A program made the position numbers and the translations under genes. Positions 54,517-61,370 of a stretch of DNA of 64,000 nt are shown piece by piece. Source of the DNA: a virus; the IMG/VR virus record IMGVR_UViG_3300008952_000003, positions 32,001 through 96,000 of that record; one strand, written 5' to 3'. The notes under the pieces were generated by a model. It was not told the origin of the DNA. It did no database searches and saw nothing but the letters and a program-made list of their open reading frames with translations. Numbering within the stretch: the stretch's first letter is position 1; each line of letters starts with the position of its first letter.

Positions 54517-55038
54517 ATGGCTACAACATTAGAAATTATTCAAGGAATTACACAAGCTGCAGCAAACGCTTATGATGGTGCTCACGATCAGAGATTTGTG
54601 CCAGATGGAGAAACAAAGGAAATAGGCCTCTCTCGTGAAGAGGGCTGTGCAATCACAGACTCCAGAGTTTCTGATGGTTTCGGTGTAAAAATAATGGGAG
54701 ACGTGCTCCAGATCAATTATGAGGCCAATATCAGATTATCGGATGTCTATGCTAATGGATTTGAAGAAGAGTGCGAAAGAAGGCTGGCAGCAATAGCGGA
54801 TTTTCTAAAAAAAGAATACAAAGTCGTCACCGGCCGATCTTTGGCCCTAAGCCCCCAAGGCGAGGCAGTTTGTGTCGTGCAGCACACCTCCAGAGTCAGG
54901 ACATTTGTTATGGCTCACAAAATGTTTAAAATTGGGGGCCTGAAAGAGGTTGAAACTCTCGGAGAAGGCATAAGTGACCCAATTGCAGTAAAATACCAGA
55001 AGTTTTTGAAAGAAGGCGCCTTTGACAAAAGTGAGTAG
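54517..55038 (+). CDS. Hypothetical protein directly upstream of terminase
   Basis: Abuts both neighbours; GAGG RBS; no recognised motif. Confidence 0.6.
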   Translation: MATTLEIIQGITQAAANAYDGAHDQRFVPDGETKEIGLSREEGCAITDSRVSDGFGVKIMGDVLQINYEANIRLSDVYANGFEEECERRLAAIADFLKKEYKVVTGRSLALSPQGEAVCVVQHTSRVRTFVMAHKMFKIGGLKEVETLGEGISDPIAVKYQKFLKEGAFDKSE

Positions 55039-56628
55039 ATGTCATACACATTATCAAAGAAAGAGGTAGTAGCAGAAATATTAAAATGTGGCAAAGATCC
55101 GGCCTATTTTACCAATAACTACGCAAGAATATCTCACCCTCTAGAGGGATTGATCCCATTTAAGACATACCCCTATCAGGCGGATTTGTTATCTGATTTT
55201 AATGATTATCGATTCACCGTCATACTAAAGGCGCGTCAATTAGGTATCTCCACTATCGTCGCGGCATATATAGTATGGCTAATGTTGTTCCATCGAGACA
55301 AAAATATCCTCGTGATGGCTACAAAATTTGCAACAGCCGCAAACTTGGTAAAAAAAGTCAAAGCTATTTTAAAAAACCTACCAGAATGGATCATAATATC
55401 TAACATATCGATAGATAATAGGACCTCTTTCGAACTTTCTAACGGATCCCAGATTAAAGCCGCCTCAACTTCTGGCGATGCCGGCCGCTCGGAGGCACTA
55501 TCTCTGTTGGTTCTAGACGAGGCCGCCCATATTGATAATTTAGGCGAACTTTGGGCAGGATTATATCCTACAATTTCAACTGGCGGCCGCTGCATAGCGC
55601 TTTCTACTCCGAATGGTGTCGGAAACTGGTTTCACAAAGTATATGTCGAGGCCATAGAGTCTTCAAATGATTTCCACCCGGTCAATCTACCGTGGGATGT
55701 CCATCCAGATCGAGATCAGGAGTGGTTTGAGAAAGAGACCAGAAATATGTCTCGACGAGAAATCGCACAAGAACTCGAATGCAACTTCAATACTTCCGGA
55801 GAGAGTGTAATTCATCCAGACGACATAGACTGGATAGAAAAACACGTCTGCGATCCAAAATATCGAACAGGGTTTGATAGGAATATGTGGATATGGGAAG
55901 AATATCAGGCAGATTGTACATACCTTTTAGTTGCCGATGTAGCTAGGGGAGACGGCGCCGATTATTCCGTGTTCCACATAATCAAATTGGAGACTATGGA
56001 AGTTGTGGCTGAGTATCAAGGGAAACCAAATCTGGATATGTATGCCAATGTCTTAACTCAGGCCGGCAAAGAATATGGCAATTGTCTATTGGTGGTGGAA
56101 AATGTTGGAATCGGAATCTCTGTTTTAGAGAAGCTAATAGATTTGGAATACTCAAATCTATATTATTCGATAAAGAGCACACACGAGTATGTTGACAGCT
56201 ACCAGGGTGAAGCCAACAACTCTGCAGTCCCTGGATTTACTACATCGACAAAAACAAGACCACTCATTGTGGCAAAATTAGAAGAATTCATAAGAAACAA
56301 ACTAATTAAAGTATATTCAGTTCGTTTTTCCAATGAACTGCGAACTTTTATTTGGCATAATGGAAAGCCACAAGCAATGCGAGGGTATAATGATGACTTA
56401 ATCATGGCCTTAGCAATCGCTTGTTGGGTAAGGGACACAGCATTAAGCGTGAATAAGAGAGAAGTAGAGTATAAGAAGGCATGTCTAAACTCAATAATCA
56501 AAGTTAATACAAAAATAAACACTACAATTCCAGGAATGGAAGGATACAATAGAAAAGAAGCATTTGATGAAAAAATGTTTAAATCATTAGAAGAATATAA
56601 AAAATATTCTTGGTTAATAAAAGGATAA
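55039..56628 (+). CDS. terL: Terminase large subunit (T4 gp17-like)
   Basis: LKARQLGIST (Walker A), LVLDEAAH (Walker B), STPNG, ADVARGDGADYS, NDDLIMALAIA. Confidence 0.95.
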   Translation: MSYTLSKKEVVAEILKCGKDPAYFTNNYARISHPLEGLIPFKTYPYQADLLSDFNDYRFTVILKARQLGISTIVAAYIVWLMLFHRDKNILVMATKFATAANLVKKVKAILKNLPEWIIISNISIDNRTSFELSNGSQIKAASTSGDAGRSEALSLLVLDEAAHIDNLGELWAGLYPTISTGGRCIALSTPNGVGNWFHKVYVEAIESSNDFHPVNLPWDVHPDRDQEWFEKETRNMSRREIAQELECNFNTSGESVIHPDDIDWIEKHVCDPKYRTGFDRNMWIWEEYQADCTYLLVADVARGDGADYSVFHIIKLETMEVVAEYQGKPNLDMYANVLTQAGKEYGNCLLVVENVGIGISVLEKLIDLEYSNLYYSIKSTHEYVDSYQGEANNSAVPGFTTSTKTRPLIVAKLEEFIRNKLIKVYSVRFSNELRTFIWHNGKPQAMRGYNDDLIMALAIACWVRDTALSVNKREVEYKKACLNSIIKVNTKINTTIPGMEGYNRKEAFDEKMFKSLEEYKKYSWLIKG

Positions 56629-56631
56629 AGA

Positions 56632-58569
56632 ATGGCCGACAGAACTAAAAATCCAAACAATCCACAATCTGAACTTTTTAGGAGATTGACAAGATTATTT
56701 TCTGGTCCGATTATAAATTGGCGGACTCAAATGAATCGAAAGATTCGCAGGACATCTCTGGATAAATATGCGACTCAGTTTAAGTCAGCGTCTGGCCAAC
56801 AATTTAAAAAATCCGAATATAGTCCTTTTGACGTGATGCATTCGAAGATAATGGCGCAACAAAATCGCGCCGAAAGGTATGTCGATTACGAGCAGATGGA
56901 ATATATGCCAGAAATAGCTTCGGCCTTGGATATATATGCAGATGAGATGACGACGCATACCGCACTGACTCCCATGTTGACAATTACGTGCCCCAATGAG
57001 GAAATAAAGGCCATTTTGCGCTCACTTTACGATAATGTACTCAATATTAATCATAATCTTTTTGGCTGGTGCCGCTCGATGTGTAAATATGGAGATATCA
57101 TATTATATATGGACCTCGATGAGAGGTTGGGCGTTAAATCAGTCATCCCTCTTCCACTTCGAGAGATTGAGCGCATGGAGGGCGAAGATCCGTCTAATCC
57201 AAATTATATACAATATCAATGGAACTCCGGAGGGATGACTTTTGAAAATTGGCAGATAGCTCATTTTAGAATTCTTGGAAATGACAAAAATACCCCATAT
57301 GGGACTTCCGTTTTGGACGCTGGCCGAAGAATTTGGCGCCAACTAGTTTTAATGGAGGACGCGATGATGGCTTATCGTATTGTCCGATCATCGGAGAGGA
57401 GGGTTTTCTATATTGATGTTGGGAACATCGCCCCCCAAGACGTTGAGAGTTTTGTGCAAAAAACTATCACTTCAATGAAGCGAAATCAGGTAGTTGATGC
57501 AAACACTGGACGCGTCGACCTTCGTTATAATCCGCTATCTGTCGAAGAGGACTATTTCATCCCGATAAGGGGAGGAGAATCATCAAAAATAGACACACTC
57601 CAGGGCGGACAATTTACTGGAGATATCGACGACGTAAAATATTTGAGAGACAAGCTCTTTTCAGCCCTCAAAATACCATCATCATATTTGTCGAGTGATT
57701 CTGAGGCAGCGATTGAAGATAAAAATACGCTAGCTCAGAAAGATGTTCGCTTTGCAAGAACTATTCAACGGTTACAGCGCTCGGCAATTACAGAGTTGGA
57801 AAAGATAGGGATTGTACACCTATATACTTTGGGATTCCGAGGCGACGATTTAGTCAGCTTCAGACTCAGCTTAAATAATCCATCTAAAATAGCAGAACTA
57901 CAAGAGCTAGAACACTGGAAAACGAAATTTGATATCGCAGGCGGCGCCACAGAGAACTTTTTTAGTAGGCGGTGGATTGCTCAAAATATTTTCGATTTAT
58001 CAGATGAAGAATTTGTCAGAAATCAAAGGGAGATGTTCCACGATAGAAAATATGAGGCTGCACTTGCATCTGCGGCCGAAGAATCCGCCGAAGAGGGTTA
58101 CGATGACGCAGGCGTCGATCTTGGAGGTGAAGAAGATTTCGATCTTGGAGGTGAAGAAGATTTCGATCTTGGAGGTGAAGAGGAAGCAGGGACAGAAACG
58201 GCTGAAGAAGAGCCAGAAAGCCCCCTTTTGGCCGCTCCAGCAAAAAGAAACGACAATGGCCAGAAGTATTCTAAAAACTCACTCCGCCCCTCCGCCAGGG
58301 GCAAAAAATATGTAAATAAAGGCCTTCGAGGAGGAGACGGCCGCAATGGCCGCCCCCAGAGCTATAGAAGTATCGCCATTCCTAAGCCGAAAGAGATTAT
58401 ACCCGGTATGATGGATATGAAAAGCTTATCTCGTGGTATTTACGAGGGCGAGCAGCCTATTTATAAAAACGAAGAAAATATTTTATTGGAATCCAACTTA
58501 GCGGTCAAAAGAGTTATTATGGAATTGCAACAAAATTCGGAGATTAAACTAAATGAAGATGAAACATAA
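56632..58569 (+). CDS. gp20: Portal protein (T4 gp20-like)
   Basis: PYGTSVLDAGRRIWRQLVLMEDAMMAYRIVRSSERRVFYIDVGN, EEDYFIPIRG, IDTLQGG, LFSALKIP. Confidence 0.93.
   Translation: MADRTKNPNNPQSELFRRLTRLFSGPIINWRTQMNRKIRRTSLDKYATQFKSASGQQFKKSEYSPFDVMHSKIMAQQNRAERYVDYEQMEYMPEIASALDIYADEMTTHTALTPMLTITCPNEEIKAILRSLYDNVLNINHNLFGWCRSMCKYGDIILYMDLDERLGVKSVIPLPLREIERMEGEDPSNPNYIQYQWNSGGMTFENWQIAHFRILGNDKNTPYGTSVLDAGRRIWRQLVLMEDAMMAYRIVRSSERRVFYIDVGNIAPQDVESFVQKTITSMKRNQVVDANTGRVDLRYNPLSVEEDYFIPIRGGESSKIDTLQGGQFTGDIDDVKYLRDKLFSALKIPSSYLSSDSEAAIEDKNTLAQKDVRFARTIQRLQRSAITELEKIGIVHLYTLGFRGDDLVSFRLSLNNPSKIAELQELEHWKTKFDIAGGATENFFSRRWIAQNIFDLSDEEFVRNQREMFHDRKYEAALASAAEESAEEGYDDAGVDLGGEEDFDLGGEEDFDLGGEEEAGTETAEEEPESPLLAAPAKRNDNGQKYSKNSLRPSARGKKYVNKGLRGGDGRNGRPQSYRSIAIPKPKEIIPGMMDMKSLSRGIYEGEQPIYKNEENILLESNLAVKRVIMELQQNSEIKLNEDET
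58117..58181 (+). repeat. 24-bp tandem repeat (2.7 copies) encoding DLGGEEDF in the portal C-terminus
   Basis: gatcttggaggtgaagaagatttc x2 plus gatcttggaggtgaaga. Confidence 0.9.
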
Positions 58570-59374
58570 TAAAAAGAGAAACACGGCCTTTATCTTTGAA
58601 GCGCTCATACGAGAATTGACAAAATCTATTATCTCTAAAGATGATAATAAGAAGAAAACTATCCTATCTCTCATAAAAGAGAACTTCAAGGGAAGCGGAA
58701 TACTAGCAAGAGACTTAGAATTGTATAAATCGATTCTTGAGACCAGGAGTGTTGATAGGAGAACGGCAGAGAAGATAATATTCGAATCTAGAATACAAAA
58801 AAAGACCATCGATCACAAAGAACTGTTCGAAAAGCAGACAGAAGTGATTAAAAAGATAAATAAGATGGTATCTCCAGGCGTATTTAATAACTTTATTCCA
58901 AATTATAAAGATATGGCAACAATATTCCAAATATTTCATCCAAAAACGAAGACAAAGCAGCGAATATTGATGGAAAACCAATTAGCTGACAAGATGATTT
59001 CCGATAAAGAGCGCGAGAAAGAGTTATTGAGGCCAATTGATAATCTGACATACAAGACGTTCGTTAAAAAATTCAATGAGAAATATGGTTCCTCCCTGAT
59101 GGAGGTGCAGAAAGAGCTATTAAAGAGATATATCGGATCATTCACAGATAATGGAATAGAATTAAAGATATTCCTAAATGAAGAAATACCAAGACTGAGA
59201 AAAGAGGTGCAAGTAGCCCTCGGAATGGAAGAAATTAGGTCAGACAGTGATATGCTCTCTGGCGCCAAAAAAGTCTCTTCGATGCTTGACAATATGATAA
59301 AGAGACCAGTGGATAATATTTTTATTCACGATATCTTGAAGATACAAAATTTAGTTAAGGAAATTAAAAGCTAA
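58553..59374 (+). CDS. Hypothetical helical protein following the portal
   Basis: KHNKKRNTAFIFEALIRE; overlaps the portal end. Confidence 0.65.
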   Translation: MKMKHNKKRNTAFIFEALIRELTKSIISKDDNKKKTILSLIKENFKGSGILARDLELYKSILETRSVDRRTAEKIIFESRIQKKTIDHKELFEKQTEVIKKINKMVSPGVFNNFIPNYKDMATIFQIFHPKTKTKQRILMENQLADKMISDKEREKELLRPIDNLTYKTFVKKFNEKYGSSLMEVQKELLKRYIGSFTDNGIELKIFLNEEIPRLRKEVQVALGMEEIRSDSDMLSGAKKVSSMLDNMIKRPVDNIFIHDILKIQNLVKEIKS

Positions 59375-59928
59375 TGGCATCATTAACCGTCTATATGGGC
59401 CCCGAGGCCAACAAAAAAAGAGTAACTTTGGAGTTGCAAGCCAGAAAGACGTTGGATGGTAACATTCTGATCTTTGATCATCAAGAAATCGATATCGTCA
59501 TAATGCCAAAAAAGAAAAAAGTGGTTGCTTTTGCGAAAGATGACTTTTCTGACACTGTTTACGAGGTTCAAAATAGACTATTCGACCACCTGAAGAAGAA
59601 GGGGATCGTTTCTTATGACTCAATAAGAGGGGGCAACGTTTATGGTTCGTTTGAGGGCCTAATAGAGGAATCTGCTGATGAAAGTATCAATCCTGTTGAT
59701 TACGCCCTATACAATATCTATACTTTCCTGAAAGAAGAGGCGCCTTATTACAATTATATCGAGGATTACGAAAAAATGCTCGATGATTACTACACTAGTC
59801 CGACCGATGAAGACTCAACGGAACTAGGTGAGGTGCCGCAAGCCTCCGAAAAGGGCGCCCTTAAGCCCGGCTACAACTACGAGCCGTATTGGATGAGCTA
59901 TATGCTCGAAGAAAGCAAGGAAAAGTAG
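59374..59928 (+). CDS. Hypothetical acidic protein
   Basis: TAATG overlap; 184 aa. Confidence 0.6.
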   Translation: MASLTVYMGPEANKKRVTLELQARKTLDGNILIFDHQEIDIVIMPKKKKVVAFAKDDFSDTVYEVQNRLFDHLKKKGIVSYDSIRGGNVYGSFEGLIEESADESINPVDYALYNIYTFLKEEAPYYNYIEDYEKMLDDYYTSPTDEDSTELGEVPQASEKGALKPGYNYEPYWMSYMLEESKEK

Positions 59929-60224
59929 TGAGTCTTGTTTACTTTATTTTAGCATCGCACGGGCTCACCCAACTGCTATGTTACGCGAAGATTTTTGACA
60001 AGATTCGCCCCACTGGCTATTTCTGGTGCTGCCCCATGTGCATTGGATTCTGGGTTGGAGTATTTTTGTGCGTCATTAGCCCCTTGACTGAACTATTTAC
60101 TTATGAACTTTCGATCACGAATCTTTTAATTTGTGGTGGAATAAGCTCAGGAACATCATATATTTTGAGCATGGTATTCGGAGACGAAGGCATAAACCTA
60201 AAAAAAGGAGGTGAATATGTCTAA
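59928..60224 (+). CDS. Small membrane protein, DUF1360-like
   Basis: Hydrophobic helices with CPMCIGFWVG; GTG 59928 overlaps the upstream TAG. Confidence 0.55.
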   Translation: MSLVYFILASHGLTQLLCYAKIFDKIRPTGYFWCCPMCIGFWVGVFLCVISPLTELFTYELSITNLLICGGISSGTSYILSMVFGDEGINLKKGGEYV

Positions 60225-60270
60225 AAGATGGTTGATTCGCGGTGTCCGTCGTTGCAAAAACGGCTGTTGA
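60217..60270 (+). CDS. Putative 17-aa basic, Cys-containing micropeptide MSKRWLIRGVRRCKNGC
   Basis: AAGGAGGTG (60205-60213) immediately upstream of ATG 60217; TGA at 60268-60270; fills the gap before the protease gene. Confidence 0.55.
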   Translation: MSKRWLIRGVRRCKNGC

Positions 60271-60291
60271 CTACTTTAGAAGGAAATTAAA

Positions 60292-60909
60292 ATGAGTAAA
60301 GTTTTACTAAGAGAATATTACGCCCTCTGTGAGGGCGGCGTCTGTCAAGATTTGTTGACAGAGGCAGAAAAAAGAGACATTAAAGAAAATAATGCCATGT
60401 ACTTGACAGGCTTGATGCAACAAGCTGACCTACAAAATGGCAATGGAAGGGTATATCCACAGCAAATACTCATGAGAGAGATAAAGACATACCAAAAGCT
60501 TGTTTTGGAGCGCCGCGCCTTGGGAGAATTAGATCACCCGGATGATTCCATCATTAACTTGAGGAATGCCTCTCACATGGTCTCCCGGATTTGGACTGAG
60601 GGCCCAAAAGTCATGGGAACAGTGAAAGTTCTCAATACCCCTTCTGGGAATATCTTGAGGGGACTCGTCGAGAGTGGGTGTCAATTGGGCATTTCATCGA
60701 GAGGTCTGGGTTCAGTAAGAGAAAACATGGACAGTAGTGTCGTGGTCGAAGATGATTTTCAATTGATCTGCTTCGATTTCGTATCAGAACCATCAACGCC
60801 AAACGCATACATGCAACTGCAAGAAGGTAAGAAATACGATGAACCAAACATTTTTACCAAAGCAGATAGAATTAATCGTGCTTTGAACAGTATTTTGGGT
60901 GATAAATGA
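60292..60909 (+). CDS. gp21: Prohead core protease (T4 gp21-like, peptidase S77)
   Basis: QNGNGRVYP, ALGELDHP, SHMV, LGISSRGLGS, DFVSEPSTPNA. Confidence 0.92.
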   Translation: MSKVLLREYYALCEGGVCQDLLTEAEKRDIKENNAMYLTGLMQQADLQNGNGRVYPQQILMREIKTYQKLVLERRALGELDHPDDSIINLRNASHMVSRIWTEGPKVMGTVKVLNTPSGNILRGLVESGCQLGISSRGLGSVRENMDSSVVVEDDFQLICFDFVSEPSTPNAYMQLQEGKKYDEPNIFTKADRINRALNSILGDK

Positions 60910-61328
60910 AAAAAAGTGAACTACAAAAAATCCTAAAACCCCTTATCAAAGAGTGTATTAAAGAAGTGATCTTTGAAGAGGGGGTTTTGTCAAATTTGAT
61001 TAAAGAAATAGCCGTTGGTTTGGGAACTCAGCAGCCACTCGTTGAGATAAGAAATCCAGAGCCACAATATGACTTCTCAAGGCAACAAGTTGAGCTTCAA
61101 GAGGAGGCCTCCGAGGCTCTAAAAGAGAAGAAGAAGAAACTAGAGGAGTCAATGGGTGCCGGATTCAGTGGCATATTTGATAATGTGGCTCCGATATCAA
61201 GAGCAGGCACCCCAGGGGCCCCCACATCACAAAGTCCATTATCTACTTACGCACCGAATGATGCTGGTGTGGATATCAGCGGGATTATGGCAATTGCAGG
61301 CGGAAAAAATTGGAAAAATATGATTTAG
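60906..61328 (+). CDS. Hypothetical protein
   Basis: ATGA overlap; MKKSELQKILKPLIKECIKEV. Confidence 0.6.
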   Translation: MKKSELQKILKPLIKECIKEVIFEEGVLSNLIKEIAVGLGTQQPLVEIRNPEPQYDFSRQQVELQEEASEALKEKKKKLEESMGAGFSGIFDNVAPISRAGTPGAPTSQSPLSTYAPNDAGVDISGIMAIAGGKNWKNMI

Positions 61329-61339
61329 TTTCTTATTTA

Positions 61340-61347
61340 ACTATTTA
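61340..61347 (+). promoter_or_regulatory. Candidate late promoter motif ACTATTTA
   Basis: Intergenic, 23 nt before ATG 61371. Confidence 0.55.
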
Positions 61348-61370
61348 TATAGGTAAAGTGAACTAAATAT

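Noticed and set aside
42624-56628. Inteins, introns or homing endonucleases in the primase, nuclease or terminase
   Set aside because: Protein lengths are normal, with no intein (C...HN) block or LAGLIDADG/HNH/GIY-YIG motif seen.
58117-58181. Direct repeats as a possible CRISPR array
   Set aside because: The repeats are head-to-tail with no spacers and lie in frame within a gene; no cas genes are present.
57929-58346. Alternate-frame ORFs with SILEVKK or SSPPRSK repeats
   Set aside because: Other-frame readings of the portal's 24-bp repeat.
4780-59927. Longer upstream starts given in the ORF track (4780, 7339, 7472, 8038, 8781, 53690, 54064, 59889)
   Set aside because: Downstream starts fit RBS position, stop-start overlap and family N-termini better.
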